DNA from: Pseudomonadota bacterium
Lineage (GTDB): Bacteria; Pseudomonadota; Alphaproteobacteria; Rhizobiales; Hyphomicrobiaceae
Direction: 5' to 3'
Length of the DNA: 61,358 nt
NCBI GenBank assembly: GCA_023416575.1
Contig: JAEZHL010000313.1
Span: 1 to 61,358 of the forward strand
Shown: positions 30,594 through 41,821 of the stretch, one piece after another
Position numbering within the stretch: the first letter of the stretch is position 1
Layout: the number at the start of each line of letters is the position of its first letter
Program-made: the position numbers and the translations under genes
The notes under the pieces: generated by a model
Seen by the model: the letters and a program-made list of their open reading frames with translations, nothing else
The model's database searches: none
What the model was told of the DNA's origin: nothing

Positions 30594-30691
30594 GTACAGA
30601 GACTGACACTTGCAGGGCCGGACGGCAACCGGGGAAAAACTAAATCTCGTGGAACAGATGCGGATTAGCCACATCAGGTGCGGCTGTGCCC

Positions 30692-31534
30692 TCAGATCGG
30701 GAGGGGCTGGCGCCGGATCGCGAACAGGTGGTCCACCGGCCCCGAGCCGTGTCCGATGCGGAGGGCGGCACCGGCTTCGAGCGCATGCCAGACGTAGGCC
30801 TTTGCGCGACGGACAGCCGTTTCGAGCGGGTTGCCCGCGGCAAGTAGCGCCGTAATGGCCGCTGCCAGGGTGCAGCCAGTGCCATGCGTGTTCGGCGTCG
30901 AGATCCGGGGCGCCTCCAGCGGCATGACCTCGTTCGCATGCACCAGGATATCGACCGCGGAAGCGTCCCCGCAGTGGCCGCCCTTGAGCAGCACGGCGTC
31001 GCAACCCAACGCCTGAAGCGCCTTCGCCTGCCGCACCATTTCATCGATGTCAGCAGCCTCGGGGCACCCCAACAGGCGGGCAGCTTCGGGAATATTGGGC
31101 GTGATCACAGTAGCACGCGGGATCAGGCGCGCCTTGAGGGCATCGATGGCGGCGGTCTCGAGCAGGACGTCGCCACTTGTCGCCACCATCACCGGATCGC
31201 ACACGAGCGGAATCTGCGGCCAACGATCGAGGACATCGGCGACCGCGAGGATGATGCCTGCGTTGGCGAGCATGCCGGTCTTCGCCGCGCCGACATCGAG
31301 ATCGGACAGCACCGAGTCGAGCTGCGCCGTGACGAAGGCGGGTGGAATTGCCAAGACGTCGTCGACGCCCCGCGTGTTCTGTGCGGTGAGCGCCGTCAGG
31401 ACCGACGCGCCATAAACGGACAAGGCGCTGAAGGTTTTCAGATCTGCCTGGATACCAGCGCCGCCAGAACTGTCGGACCCGGCGATGGTCAACGCGACTG
31501 GAATGGAAGTTGCTCGTTCAGCCATGCTGCTCAT
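30692..31534 (-). CDS. thiD: Hydroxymethylpyrimidine/phosphomethylpyrimidine kinase
   Basis: TIAGSDSSGGAGIQADLKTF, KTGML, DPVMVATSG, KGGH, THGTGCT. Confidence 0.96.
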   Translation of the reverse strand: MSSMAERATSIPVALTIAGSDSSGGAGIQADLKTFSALSVYGASVLTALTAQNTRGVDDVLAIPPAFVTAQLDSVLSDLDVGAAKTGMLANAGIILAVADVLDRWPQIPLVCDPVMVATSGDVLLETAAIDALKARLIPRATVITPNIPEAARLLGCPEAADIDEMVRQAKALQALGCDAVLLKGGHCGDASAVDILVHANEVMPLEAPRISTPNTHGTGCTLAAAITALLAAGNPLETAVRRAKAYVWHALEAGAALRIGHGSGPVDHLFAIRRQPLPI

Positions 31535-31594
31535 GCGCACGAAATGCGCGGCCCCCGATTATTTCCGAACACCACGTCGCCCCCCGCGGCAGCG

Positions 31595-32398
31595 CTAGTT
31601 TCCCAAGCCCTTGCGCATGATGTCCATCTGCAGGGTCTTGGGCGTGAGTTGCTCTTCGATCTGAGCCAGGCCGGGGAACGTCTCGATCATCCATTGCCCG
31701 AACCAGTTCATGGAGCCGCTCAGGAACATGATGCCGGTTACGACGAGGATGACACCCATGACCTTCTCGACGACGCCGAGATGACGCCGGAACCGCTGCA
31801 TGAACGACAGGAACGGGCGGATCGCGATGGCAGCCAGGATGAAGGGAATGCCGAGGCCCAACGAGTAGACGAACAGCAGCCCGACGCCGGCTCCGAGGCT
31901 CGCCTCGTTGGCGGCGAGCGCCAGCACCGTCGCCAGGATCGGCCCGATGCACGGCGTCCAGCCGAACGCGAACGCAAGTCCGATCAGGTAGGCGCCGGCC
32001 AGCCCCGCGCCCTCCACTTGGCCGTGGTAGCGCGCTTCCTTGTACAGAAGAGGAATCCGCAGCACCCCAAGGAAGTGCAGCCCGAACAGGGTGATGACGA
32101 TGCCTGCAACGACAGACAGCTCACTCTTATAGGTCTGGATGAGCTGGCCGAAAGCCGACGCGCCAGCCCCAAGCCCGACGAATACCGTCGTAAATCCGAT
32201 GACGAACGCCACCGAGCCGGCGACGACCTTGCGCCAGACCCGTGCGTCCGGAACCCCCTCGCTCGAGCCCGTGAGCCCGATCGTGGTTCCGCCAAGATAG
32301 CCGAGATAGGGCGGCACGAGCGGCAGCACGCACGGGCTCAGAAAGCTGACCAGCCCGGCCAACGCCACTCCCAGGTAGATGTGAACATCAAAGAACAC
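31595..32398 (-). CDS. ccdA: Cytochrome c biogenesis protein CcdA
   Basis: SFLSPCVLPLVP and FGWTPCIGPIL. Confidence 0.93.
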   Translation of the reverse strand: MFFDVHIYLGVALAGLVSFLSPCVLPLVPPYLGYLGGTTIGLTGSSEGVPDARVWRKVVAGSVAFVIGFTTVFVGLGAGASAFGQLIQTYKSELSVVAGIVITLFGLHFLGVLRIPLLYKEARYHGQVEGAGLAGAYLIGLAFAFGWTPCIGPILATVLALAANEASLGAGVGLLFVYSLGLGIPFILAAIAIRPFLSFMQRFRRHLGVVEKVMGVILVVTGIMFLSGSMNWFGQWMIETFPGLAQIEEQLTPKTLQMDIMRKGLGN

Positions 32399-32518
32399 GT
32401 GAACTTGCCGCCCCTACGCGCCTCGCCGGAAGCCTGCCGCACCACCCTGCGCAAGTCACGCGTGACATGCCGGCGCAGGTAAACGCACCATTTTCCGGGC
32501 TGGCGGCAAGCAGGCGCC

Positions 32519-33643
32519 TCAGCGCCTGCCACGCCCCGCCGCAGGTGCAGCGGGATCCTCCGGTCCGTCGTTCGCCTCCGCAGCCTCGTCGCCCTCGGGC
32601 TGCGCCAGCATCCGATCGACGATCAGCCCTGCATTCTGCCGGACGGCTTGCTCGATCGAGGTCGCAACCTGCGGGTTCTCCTTGAGAAACGCCTTCGTAT
32701 TCTCGCGCCCCTGCCCGATCCTCTGGCCGTCGTAGGAGAACCAGGCACCCGACTTCTCGACGATTCCGGCCTTCACACCCAAGTCGACGATCTCGCCAAC
32801 CCGGGAGATGCCCTCGCCGTACATGATGTCGAACTCGACCTGCTTGAAGGGTGGCGCAACCTTGTTCTTGACCACCTTCACGCGAGTTTGATTGCCGACG
32901 ACCTCGTCGCGCTCCTTGATCTGTCCGACGCGGCGGATGTCGAGGCGCACCGAAGCGTAGAACTTGAGCGCATTGCCGCCCGGCGTGGTCTCCGGATTGC
33001 CGAACATGACGCCGATCTTCATGCGGATCTGGTTGATGAAGATCACCATGCACCGCGACTTCGAGATGAACGCGGTGAGCTTGCGCAGTGCCTGGCTCAT
33101 GAGGCGGGCCTGCATGCCAGGCAGGGAATCGCCCATCTCGCCCTCGAGCTCTGCCTTCGGCGTCAGGGCCGCGACCGAGTCGACGACGAGAACATCGATG
33201 GCACCGGAGCGCACGAGCGTATCGGCGATCTCGAGCGCCTGCTCGCCCGTGTCAGGCTGGGAAATGAGCAGCTCGTCGACCTTCACGCCGAGCTTACGGG
33301 CATACACCGGATCGAGGGCATGCTCGGCGTCGACGAAACCGCAGATGCCGCCCTTCTTCTGCGCCTCGGCCACCACATGCAGAGCGAGCGTCGTTTTGCC
33401 GGAGGATTCCGGACCGTAGATCTCGATCACCCGCCCGCGCGGCAGGCCACCGATGCCGAGGGCGATGTCGAGACCCAGCGAGCCCGTCGGGATACCCTCC
33501 ACGTCGATCGACTTGTCATGGGCCCCGAGCCGCATGATCGAGCCCTTGCCGAAATTCTTTTCGATCTGCGACAGAGCGGCATCGAGTGCCTTCTGCTTGT
33601 CCATTGTCTCTCCCTCGACGACTCGGAGGTGCGGTGTATGCAT
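32519..33643 (-). CDS. recA: Recombinase RecA
   Basis: [29 protein letters not shown]; alphaproteobacterial N-terminus LRVVEG; start ATG 33643. Confidence 0.99.
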   Translation of the reverse strand: MHTPHLRVVEGETMDKQKALDAALSQIEKNFGKGSIMRLGAHDKSIDVEGIPTGSLGLDIALGIGGLPRGRVIEIYGPESSGKTTLALHVVAEAQKKGGICGFVDAEHALDPVYARKLGVKVDELLISQPDTGEQALEIADTLVRSGAIDVLVVDSVAALTPKAELEGEMGDSLPGMQARLMSQALRKLTAFISKSRCMVIFINQIRMKIGVMFGNPETTPGGNALKFYASVRLDIRRVGQIKERDEVVGNQTRVKVVKNKVAPPFKQVEFDIMYGEGISRVGEIVDLGVKAGIVEKSGAWFSYDGQRIGQGRENTKAFLKENPQVATSIEQAVRQNAGLIVDRMLAQPEGDEAAEANDGPEDPAAPAAGRGRR

Positions 33644-33693
33644 CGGCGTCACCCTATGGCAGCGGTTGCAGATCGGCAATCGGTTAACCAGAT

Positions 33694-33708
33694 GTACACG
33701 ATTTGTTC
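33694..33708 (-). promoter_or_regulatory. LexA (SOS) box
   Basis: GAAC-AAATCGT-GTAC, the alphaproteobacterial GAAC-N7-GTAC recA box, 50 bp upstream of the start. Confidence 0.88.
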
Positions 33709-33763
33709 CGCGCCGTCGAGAGGTGATGCGAACCCTTGAGTTTGGTTAAGCAAATCCAATTCG

Positions 33764-33778
33764 GTACATGGTTTGTAC
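33764..33778 (-). promoter_or_regulatory. Second putative LexA box
   Basis: GTAC-AAACCAT-GTAC, 70 bp upstream of the first box. Confidence 0.65.
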
Positions 33779-33843
33779 TCGTCGCGGCAGCAAGGGTCGT
33801 CGAGAGGTCGGGAGATCTCACGACCTTCTGACCTCATGCCCGC

Positions 33844-36408
33844 CTAACGCGCGAGCTCTTCCTTCACCTTGGCCGCGAGCTGAGCCAGCGAGAACGGCTT
33901 TTGCAGGAAGGCAAATGTCGCGTCCGGATCGAGCGCGTTCTTGAAGGCGTCGTCCGGATAGCCTGACATGAAAATGATCTTCAGCTCGGGATTGGTCTCG
34001 CTCAGCACCTTGTACATGCTGGGGCCATCCATCTCGGGCATGATCACGTCGCTGACGACGATGTCGACGGGGCGTTCCGCCTCCTGCATCAGGTCCAGCG
34101 CCTCCGCGCCGCTGGAGGCCTGGAGCACCTCGTAGCCATGCCGCTTCAGCGCCTCCACGGCAAAGCTGCGGACAGCATCCTCGTCCTCGACGAGCAGCAC
34201 GCGGCCGGCGCCGGTGAGATCGCGATGATCCTTCTTCGCTTCCTTTGCCGCCGGTTCCGCCTCGCTTTCGGGCTCGACGTAGTGGCGTGGCAGGAAGACC
34301 CGGAAAGTGGTCCCCTTGCCGAGCGTGCTACGCACGAACACATAGCCGCCCGTCTGCTTGACGATGCCGTAGACGGTAGCAAGCCCGAGGCCGGTGCCCT
34401 TGCCGACAGCCTTCGTCGTGAAGAACGGCTCGAAGATCTTGGCCTGCACCTCCGGCGACATGCCGTGGCCGGTATCCTCGACCTCGATCATCACGTACTC
34501 GCCCATCGGCAGATTCTGCGGCTCGAGCTTCTGGCTCTCGCGCTCGCCGACATTACGGATGCGTATCGTGAGCTTGCCGCCGTCGGGCATGGCATCCTTC
34601 GCGTTGACCGCGAGGTTGATGACGACGGATTGCAGTTGCGACCGGTCAGCCTTGACGTACCAGAGGTCCCGACCCGGCAGGATCCTGAGCTCGATCTTCT
34701 CCCCGAGCGTCCGGTTGAGCATCATCGACGTCTCGGTCAGAGTTTCGCTGAGGTGCAAAACCTCTGGCTGCAGCGTCTGCCGACGTGAGAACGCGAGCAG
34801 CTGGCTGACGAGCTCCGCGGCACGGTTGGCGCTCGTCTTGATGTTGATGATGTTCTGATATGCGGGGTTGCCCGGCCGATGGGTCTGCAGCAGCAGGTCG
34901 GAGAAGCCGATGATCGCCGTCAGCACATTGTTGAAATCGTGCGCAACGCCACCGGCGAGCTTGCCGACCGCCTCCATCTTCTGGCTTTGAGCGAATTGGA
35001 CCTCGAGCGCCTTCTGCTCGGTGGCGTCGATGACGTAGAGAACGGCAGCCTCGGAGCCGGTGCCGCGTGTCAGGGTGTTGAAGAATACGCGCCGCGTGAA
35101 TTCGCGCGCGCCGCCAACGGCAATCTCCAGCGGTTGAATATTGGCCTTGCCCGAGAGCGCGTCCCTCAGTGCCGCCTCGACCTCGGCGCGCCGATCCGCG
35201 TCCGAATTGCGGGCAAGCACGTTGAGGGCCATCTCGTTGCGCCCGCCCTTGCTGTCGAGCAGGAGCCGCGCGAACGCCGTGTTGGCACTGGCGATCCGCC
35301 CATCTGCGGTCACTGTTGCAATGCCGAACGGCGCCGATTGGAAAAAGCGCGCGAACTTGACGTCTGCAGGCCGGCCGCGGCCACTCGCGTCATCCTCGGC
35401 AATGCGTTCCAGAATGGCGGCGACGAACCCGGCCTCACCCTCGCGCGGCACCACCATCAGCGTGCCGGGCCAGCTCCGCCCGTCTTCGCACACGAGATCG
35501 AGGTCGATCCTGCGCGCGGTCTCGCTGGCCTCGCGCCCGAGCGCCCGGAGCAGCAAAGCGCCGTCGCCCGAGACGATGTCGGTGAGACTGAGCCCGCGCG
35601 CCAGCGCACTCGCACTCAGACCAAGCCACGTCGCCAGCGTACCGTTGAGATGCTCGATGCCGGCATCCTCGTCGACCACCATCAGGCCGAGCGGCATCGC
35701 CTCGTAATATCCGAGCGTCGCCTCCAGGGCACGCAGCGTCTCGGCCTCGCGCCGCCGCTCGTCGGTGACGTCGATCATCCGCCACAGGACCAGCGGCTCG
35801 CTCTCGTGATCGAGCCGTGTGACCCCGAGCCTATACCAGCGCGAGGTCCGCTGCCCACTCGCAACCGTCTTCAGCCGGAACTCTTCGGTCCGGTTCTCTC
35901 CCCTGCCCGCTGCACGCGCCAGGCGAAACAGCGCCTCGGCGGCCTGCGGCTCGCCGGCGAACAGGGATTCGAGCGCGCTCGACTGATCATGGTCTCCCGG
36001 GCCGACGAGCTCGTCGAAAGCCTCGTTGGCATAGAGCCGCCGGCCATCGAGCGTCGTGATGCACAGGCCGTCGTCGAAGCTGCGGGCGAGCGCACCCAGG
36101 ATGTCGGATTTCGTCGAGTGCTCCGCGAGACGGACATGGCCTGAGATCAGCCCGAACACGAAGAAAATGCCGAGCGTGGCCAGAACCGCCATCGCCGTGA
36201 GCAGCAGTGGCTCGCTCGATCCTGAGGACAAAATGGCCAGTGCGGCCAAACTCCCCACCAGCACCACCGCGCCGAGGGCGATACCACCGCCGGTCCGTGC
36301 TCCTATCAGGGGAATGTCAGCCGCAAGCGATCCCTGTCGTGATTCGCTTTCCCGCATAACTGGTGAAACTAGCTGATTCTGAGGGAAAGCAGTCTTGCCG
36401 GCCATCAT
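33844..36408 (-). CDS. cckA: Hybrid cell-cycle histidine kinase CckA
   Basis: 2 TM, PAS region, [21 protein letters not shown], HATPase, receiver [10 protein letters not shown]...[10 protein letters not shown]; upstream of recA; start uncertain. Confidence 0.9.
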   Translation of the reverse strand: MMAGKTAFPQNQLVSPVMRESESRQGSLAADIPLIGARTGGGIALGAVVLVGSLAALAILSSGSSEPLLLTAMAVLATLGIFFVFGLISGHVRLAEHSTKSDILGALARSFDDGLCITTLDGRRLYANEAFDELVGPGDHDQSSALESLFAGEPQAAEALFRLARAAGRGENRTEEFRLKTVASGQRTSRWYRLGVTRLDHESEPLVLWRMIDVTDERRREAETLRALEATLGYYEAMPLGLMVVDEDAGIEHLNGTLATWLGLSASALARGLSLTDIVSGDGALLLRALGREASETARRIDLDLVCEDGRSWPGTLMVVPREGEAGFVAAILERIAEDDASGRGRPADVKFARFFQSAPFGIATVTADGRIASANTAFARLLLDSKGGRNEMALNVLARNSDADRRAEVEAALRDALSGKANIQPLEIAVGGAREFTRRVFFNTLTRGTGSEAAVLYVIDATEQKALEVQFAQSQKMEAVGKLAGGVAHDFNNVLTAIIGFSDLLLQTHRPGNPAYQNIINIKTSANRAAELVSQLLAFSRRQTLQPEVLHLSETLTETSMMLNRTLGEKIELRILPGRDLWYVKADRSQLQSVVINLAVNAKDAMPDGGKLTIRIRNVGERESQKLEPQNLPMGEYVMIEVEDTGHGMSPEVQAKIFEPFFTTKAVGKGTGLGLATVYGIVKQTGGYVFVRSTLGKGTTFRVFLPRHYVEPESEAEPAAKEAKKDHRDLTGAGRVLLVEDEDAVRSFAVEALKRHGYEVLQASSGAEALDLMQEAERPVDIVVSDVIMPEMDGPSMYKVLSETNPELKIIFMSGYPDDAFKNALDPDATFAFLQKPFSLAQLAAKVKEELAR

Positions 36409-36783
36409 GAGGCTACTCTTACGCACAACTCATTCACACCGCTTCATAAACCGGGGTTGCGGCACGCTCGCCCTCGGCCAAGGGCGTATCCGTATCGCAC
36501 CATTCTCAACTTTTCGGTGATCTGGGTAAAAATATCGTTGCGCGCTGTCCGCGATTCGCAGACAGGGAATCGCCTTGGGCGAGAACCGCGCTCGAGGTGA
36601 GACGTCCAAGCGGGTTAATCTGCTCCGCGAAGCAAGCTATACCTGCTTCTAGACGTTCGGGGGGTGCGAACGGCGGCCAATCGGGCATTCGAACCGACCA
36701 TTGCCCTCCCGGCGCCACATGAACGTGCACGCCTCCCACCCAGCGGATCAAGAGGAGCGCGGGGACGTCCCGCGTCGCACCAT

Positions 36784-37152
36784 ATGGAAATCCTGTCCTG
36801 GCTGCTTTTTGTCGTGTTCATAGCCGCCCTGTTGGTCGTCGGCGGCCTGCTGCTGCGCGGCTATCTCAGCACAGGATCACCGTCCGGAGCGCTCAAAGAT
36901 GCGTTCGCCGGGAACTTTTTCGGCCCACGGCCGCCGAAGCGCCTCGAAGTGGTGGATCAAGCCAACGTCGATGGCCGGCGCAAGCTGCTCCTCATCCGCA
37001 GGGACGGCATCGAGCATCTGATCATGACGGGCGGGCCGGTCGATGTCGTCATCGAAACCGGCATCCAGCCGGCGGAGACTCGGAGCGGTGAGATCGTCGA
37101 ACCGGTCTTCCAGCGTCCCGCGCGGCCAGTACCTGAAGCCGCGAACGCGTAA
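36784..37152 (+). CDS. FliO-like membrane protein
   Basis: N-terminal TM then RLEVVDQANVDGRRKLLLIRRDGIEHLIMTGGPVDVVIE; usual cckA-divergent position. Confidence 0.85.
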   Translation: MEILSWLLFVVFIAALLVVGGLLLRGYLSTGSPSGALKDAFAGNFFGPRPPKRLEVVDQANVDGRRKLLLIRRDGIEHLIMTGGPVDVVIETGIQPAETRSGEIVEPVFQRPARPVPEAANA

Positions 37153-37233
37153 TCGCCGGACCGGCCCACTGGCAGCGGGATCGGGTGCCAGGTTTTCCGA
37201 AGTGTATCTGATCATCCGAGGGGGAAGTCTGCG

Positions 37234-39852
37234 TTGAGACTTAGCCGAGGCAAGCCATTGAAATCGTTACAGCTGCTGCTTTGCGCGGTCGCCAGCGCGG
37301 GTCTGTTTGCGCTCACGTTGACACACCCGGAGCACGTCGCGGCGGCAGAGACCGGCGAGCCGGCAATCGAGACCGTCACACCAGCTCCTTCACCGGCTCC
37401 CGAGCCCCCCGCCCCTGCCCCCGCTCCACCTCCGGTCGTTGTGCAGCCCTCGCTCAGTCCGGAGATGGCCCAGCGCGTGACGCGGCTTGCATCGGATGTC
37501 GAAACGGCCGCCAAGGGAATCGAGCGCGTCAAGGATCGCGAGAACGGCCTCGCCGCCCAGCGCGATGAGCTGGACCGGATCGAAATCGAGGCGCAGCAGG
37601 TCATCACGGCGCTGAAGCCGAAACACGAGGCCGTCGCGGCGCAGCTGCAGAAACTCGGGCCGCCGCCCGCGAAGGATGCCGCGCCCGAAGCGCCTGCGAT
37701 TGCCGCCGAACGCTCACAGCTCTCCGCGCACGAGGCGGAGATCGCCGGTGCCATCAAGACGGCCGAGCTGGCCCTGGTGCGCGCGCGCCAACTCGTCGGT
37801 CACGTCCAGGATCTGCGGCAAGCCCTGTTCGCGCGCGATCTCCTGATACGCTCGGGCAGCATCCTCGCGACCTCGACTTGGCAGCACCTCTCCGAGGACA
37901 TGCCGCGTGCAGGCCGGCAGATCAAAAACCTCGCTCTCGACTGGTGGAACGGCGTCCGGCCCCAGTGGCCTCTTCTTCTTCTCATCCTGGCAGCCACCGC
38001 CGGCGCGTATCTCGCGACGAGATGGATCCTACCCCGGCTCCAGCGTCGGCTGCAGTCGACCACATACGGTCTCACCAGCTTCTTCCCGCGGGCCGGCAAT
38101 GCAAGCTGGGCAGTCGCATTGCATGCACTACCGCCGCTCGCGGCAGCCGGCACACTTTATGGCGGCCTCGTCGCGCTCGATCTCCTGACGCTAACCGTCG
38201 GGGAGTTCGCCCTGGCGGCCTTGCTGTCGTTCGCGATTTACATGGCCGTCTCTGCCGTTGCCGAAGTCGCTTTTGGGCCAGGACCAACGGGCGTCCCGCT
38301 TGCCGATATCGCCGATGCCAGCGCGCCGAAGCTGCTCAGGCTGGCGCGCGTGTTCGCCGCAGTCGCCGCGCTCGATCTGTTGCTGAGCGCCGTCGTCAAG
38401 ATGCTTTACCTGCCGCTCGAGGTCGGTGTCGCCCAGGCATCCCTGACGAGCCTCGCCTTCGCGGCGATGCTGATCGCGTTCGTGCGCGTGCCGCTCGCGC
38501 GTCGCGAAGTGGCCCTCCTCGAGCCGATCGCACGCTCGCATCCGCGCTGGCTGAAACTGCCGATCACCCTGCTCGCCATCATCATCATCGTGACGACCCT
38601 CACGGGGTACGTGGCCCTGGGGCGATTCATCTCCAAGCAGGTCATCCTCGTTGGAGGGACGGCGCTGGCCCTGATGGTGGCCCACCTCGCCATCCGTCGC
38701 ATCGCCAGTGCGCTCATCGACGGCGAGCGCCCTGTCGGACGCATTCTGGAGGCGAGGCTCGGTCTCGATCACGAGCGGACGGGCTACGTCACGCGCAGCA
38801 TCGTGTTCATGCTCGAGCTGGTCCTGCTCGTCGCGGCCCTGCCGTTCCTGCTGATGAGCTGGGGCTACTCGCAGGAGGACATCCTCGACTGGCTGAAGCT
38901 TGCGATCTTCGGCTTCGAAATCGGCCAGTTCAGAATCTCGCTCGCGCGCATCCTGGTTGCGGTACTGTTCTTCCTCGGCCTGCTGTTCGTCACCCGGGTC
39001 ATCCAGCGCTGGCTGGACACCGCGGTGCTCGGGCCGGCCCGGGTCGACCGGTCCATCTCGCATTCGGTGCTGACCGGCGTCGGATATGCCGGTGTGGCGC
39101 TGGCGACGATCCTTGCGCTGTCCTATGCGGGCCTCGACTTCACACACCTCGCCATCGTCGCGGGCGCGCTCTCCGTCGGCATCGGCTTCGGCCTGCAGGC
39201 CATCTTCAACAACCTAGTGTCGGGGATCATCCTTCTTGTCGAACGGCCGATCAAGGTCGGCGACTGGATCGTCGTCAACGGCCAGGAGGGCTACGTCCGC
39301 CGCATCAACGTGCGCGCGACCGAGATCGAGACCTTCGACCGCGCGAGCCTTATCATTCCCAACTCGGTGCTCATCACCGGCGCGGTGACGAACTTTACCC
39401 ATCGCAACGCCATCGGCAGAGTTATGTTTCACGTCGGGGTCTCTTACGATAGCGACCCCGAACGGGTGCTCGAGATCCTGAACCGTGTTGTTGGCGAGAC
39501 ACCGGGATTGCTCAAGCAACCGGCGCCGTTTGTCCGATTTGACAACTTCGGCGACAGTGCTCTGATTTTCTTGGTGGGCGCCTTTGTGCCGGATGTCAAT
39601 CAAAGGGGGACCGCGGCGAGCAACTTGCGTATCGCCATAGCCAAGGCGTTCCGCGAGGAAGGTATCGAGATTCCGTACCCGCAGCACGACATCCACCTCC
39701 GTGACCTCGACGGCGTGCGCCAGGCGTTCTCGCGCGTGCTGGAGGCCCGCCGCCAGGAGCAGGAGATGAAAAAGGCCGCTGAAACGAGCGCCGACACGCA
39801 GGCCCGTCCCGAAACTCCTCGGACCACGCCGGCTCCGGTCGTCGACGCGTGA
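37234..39852 (+). CDS. Mechanosensitive ion channel, MscS/MscK family with DUF3772-like N-terminus
   Basis: GALSVGIGFGLQ.IFNN.VSGIILLVERPIKVGDW, IEIPYPQ; large periplasmic coiled-coil region. Confidence 0.93.
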   Translation: MRLSRGKPLKSLQLLLCAVASAGLFALTLTHPEHVAAAETGEPAIETVTPAPSPAPEPPAPAPAPPPVVVQPSLSPEMAQRVTRLASDVETAAKGIERVKDRENGLAAQRDELDRIEIEAQQVITALKPKHEAVAAQLQKLGPPPAKDAAPEAPAIAAERSQLSAHEAEIAGAIKTAELALVRARQLVGHVQDLRQALFARDLLIRSGSILATSTWQHLSEDMPRAGRQIKNLALDWWNGVRPQWPLLLLILAATAGAYLATRWILPRLQRRLQSTTYGLTSFFPRAGNASWAVALHALPPLAAAGTLYGGLVALDLLTLTVGEFALAALLSFAIYMAVSAVAEVAFGPGPTGVPLADIADASAPKLLRLARVFAAVAALDLLLSAVVKMLYLPLEVGVAQASLTSLAFAAMLIAFVRVPLARREVALLEPIARSHPRWLKLPITLLAIIIIVTTLTGYVALGRFISKQVILVGGTALALMVAHLAIRRIASALIDGERPVGRILEARLGLDHERTGYVTRSIVFMLELVLLVAALPFLLMSWGYSQEDILDWLKLAIFGFEIGQFRISLARILVAVLFFLGLLFVTRVIQRWLDTAVLGPARVDRSISHSVLTGVGYAGVALATILALSYAGLDFTHLAIVAGALSVGIGFGLQAIFNNLVSGIILLVERPIKVGDWIVVNGQEGYVRRINVRATEIETFDRASLIIPNSVLITGAVTNFTHRNAIGRVMFHVGVSYDSDPERVLEILNRVVGETPGLLKQPAPFVRFDNFGDSALIFLVGAFVPDVNQRGTAASNLRIAIAKAFREEGIEIPYPQHDIHLRDLDGVRQAFSRVLEARRQEQEMKKAAETSADTQARPETPRTTPAPVVDA

Positions 39853-39955
39853 GACGGCGAGGCGGGCGGGGACCTATTCCGTCCGCGTCATCACGGCCAC
39901 GGCCGATCCACCTGAGCGGTACGCACTCGGCTGACCCTGGCTGAACATCAGAGCA

Positions 39956-39981
39956 AAACGCCCCGCAAGTGCGGGGCGTTT
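39956..39981. terminator. Bidirectional intrinsic terminator
   Basis: AAACGCCCCGC-AAGT-GCGGGGCGTTT between convergent mscS and dksA. Confidence 0.85.
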
Positions 39982-39996
39982 GCAAAGCTCAGAGTT

Positions 39997-40485
39997 TCAG
40001 TCCTCGCGGTAGACCCGCTCGCGGCGCTCGTGCCGCTCCTGGGCCTCCAGGCTCAAGGTGGCGATCGGCCTTGCATCGAGGCGGCGCAGCCCGATGGGCT
40101 CGCCGGTCTCCTCGCAATAGCCGTAGGTGCCATCCTCGATCCGGGCGAGCGCCGCATCGATCTTGGCGATGAGCTTGCGATGACGGTCGCGCGCCCTGAG
40201 CTCCAGCGCCCGGTCCGTCTCGGACGTGGCCCGATCGGCCAGATCGGCGTGCTGCGCCGAATCCTCATGCAGGCCCATCAGCGTCTCGCGGGTCTGCAGG
40301 ATGATTTCTTCCTTCCAGGCCAACAGCTTGCGCCGGAAATAGGCGCGCTGCCGTTCGTTCATGAAGGGCTCGTCGTCTGACGGGCGATAGTCCTCGGGCA
40401 ACAACAGGCTCGACAGCGTTGCCTCCACCTTCATGGATTTGGCCTGGGTCTTCTCATGCGATTTTCGATCTTTCGTAGTGCTCAT
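39997..40485 (-). CDS. dksA: RNA polymerase-binding protein DksA
   Basis: YRPSDDEPFMNERQ..YFR, DLADRATSE, GYCEETGEPIGLRRLDARPIATL; start uncertain. Confidence 0.95.
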   Translation of the reverse strand: MSTTKDRKSHEKTQAKSMKVEATLSSLLLPEDYRPSDDEPFMNERQRAYFRRKLLAWKEEIILQTRETLMGLHEDSAQHADLADRATSETDRALELRARDRHRKLIAKIDAALARIEDGTYGYCEETGEPIGLRRLDARPIATLSLEAQERHERRERVYRED

Positions 40486-40936
40486 AATGGGCCTGCGAAT
40501 CACGAATGGCGCGGTCACCGGGGACGAGCGCACACTGAGCATGGACGATTGCCCCCGCTTTTAGCTTGCCAAGTTGCCAAGTCAAGAAATTCCCGTGATG
40601 CTTCTTGACGTTGGCAAATGAGAACCTGTCTTCCTGTCTCAGGTGAGATGCAACAAATCTTCCAGCCGGCTCGGTTTTTCCGAGGCTTGCCACCGCCTCC
40701 GCGGGATTTACTGAGAAGAATTCGAGCCAAAGCGACGCTTCGATGCTGCAGCGCAGCATTGTGACTTTTCGCACATGACGAGCTGGGCGCGCCTCGAATC
40801 GATGGCGTGCACCCAGGTCGAGCAACACCGTCGCTCGTCTCAGGCAGATTCCCGATTCAGCGCGTCTTGCTGGGTCGAGGCCGGCTCACTACTCTGCCCC
40901 GCTTGCCGGGGACCTGGATGGAGGCCGAAGTTGTCG

Positions 40937-41782
40937 ATGCGATTTGAAGGAACGGAAAACTACGTCGCAACGAAGGACCTGACCATTGCGGTCAATGCCG
41001 CCGTCACGCTCCAGCGGCCGCTGCTCGTCAAGGGAGAGCCGGGGACCGGCAAGACGATGCTGGCGATCGAGGTCGCGAAGTCGCTCGGCGTACCGATCAT
41101 CGAGTGGCACATCAAATCGACCACCAAGGCCCAGCAGGGCCTCTACGAATACGATGCCGTGAGCCGCCTGCGCGACAGCCAGCTCGGCGACGAGCGCGTG
41201 AAGGATATCCGCAACTACATCCGGCGCGGGAAGCTCTGGGAAGCCTTCGCGATGGAGGGGCGCCCCGTGCTCCTCATCGACGAGATCGATAAGGCCGCCA
41301 TCGATTTCCCGAACGACCTCCTTCAGGAGCTCGATCGGATGGAGTTCTTCGTCTACGAGACCGGCGAGACGATCAAGGCCCGCAATCGGCCGATCGTGAT
41401 CATCACGTCCAACAACGAAAAGGAATTGCCGGACGCCTTCCTGCGCCGCTGCTTCTTCCACTACATCAAATTCCCCGACGCGGACACGATGCGGGCCATC
41501 GTCGAAGTCCACTTCCCCGGGCTCAAGGCGCGGCTCGCAGCGGAAGCGTTGAAGATCTTCTATGACATCCGCGAAGTGCCGGGCCTGAAAAAGAAGCCCT
41601 CGCCCTCCGAGTTGCTCGACTGGATCAAGCTGCTGCTGAACGAGGACATCAGTCCGGATGTGCTGCGTGAGAGCGACCCGCGCAAGCTGATCCCGCCGCT
41701 GCACGGGGCGCTGCTCAAGAATGAGCAGGACGTGCACCTCTTCGAGCGGCTTGCGTTCATGTCCCGGCGGCAGGGGCCATAG
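40937..41782 (+). CDS. MoxR family AAA+ ATPase
   Basis: GEPGTGKT, LLIDEIDK, ITSNNEKELPDAFLRRCFFHYI. Confidence 0.94.
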   Translation: MRFEGTENYVATKDLTIAVNAAVTLQRPLLVKGEPGTGKTMLAIEVAKSLGVPIIEWHIKSTTKAQQGLYEYDAVSRLRDSQLGDERVKDIRNYIRRGKLWEAFAMEGRPVLLIDEIDKAAIDFPNDLLQELDRMEFFVYETGETIKARNRPIVIITSNNEKELPDAFLRRCFFHYIKFPDADTMRAIVEVHFPGLKARLAAEALKIFYDIREVPGLKKKPSPSELLDWIKLLLNEDISPDVLRESDPRKLIPPLHGALLKNEQDVHLFERLAFMSRRQGP

Positions 41783-41821
41783 CCCTCTCCGCCTCCTCGC
41801 CGACCGGAAGCCCCCGGAGCG

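Noticed and set aside
36784..37152. Isolated fliO-like gene as evidence of a flagellar remnant
   Set aside because: A recA-cckA / fliO-like / dksA arrangement is ordinary in Hyphomicrobiales.
39997..40485. DksA with only one Cys (no zinc finger)
   Set aside because: Zinc-independent DksA is normal in Alphaproteobacteria.
40526..40542. NadQ-like half site (ATGCTCA on minus strand) upstream of dksA
   Set aside because: Second half matches only 4 of 7 positions; probably chance.
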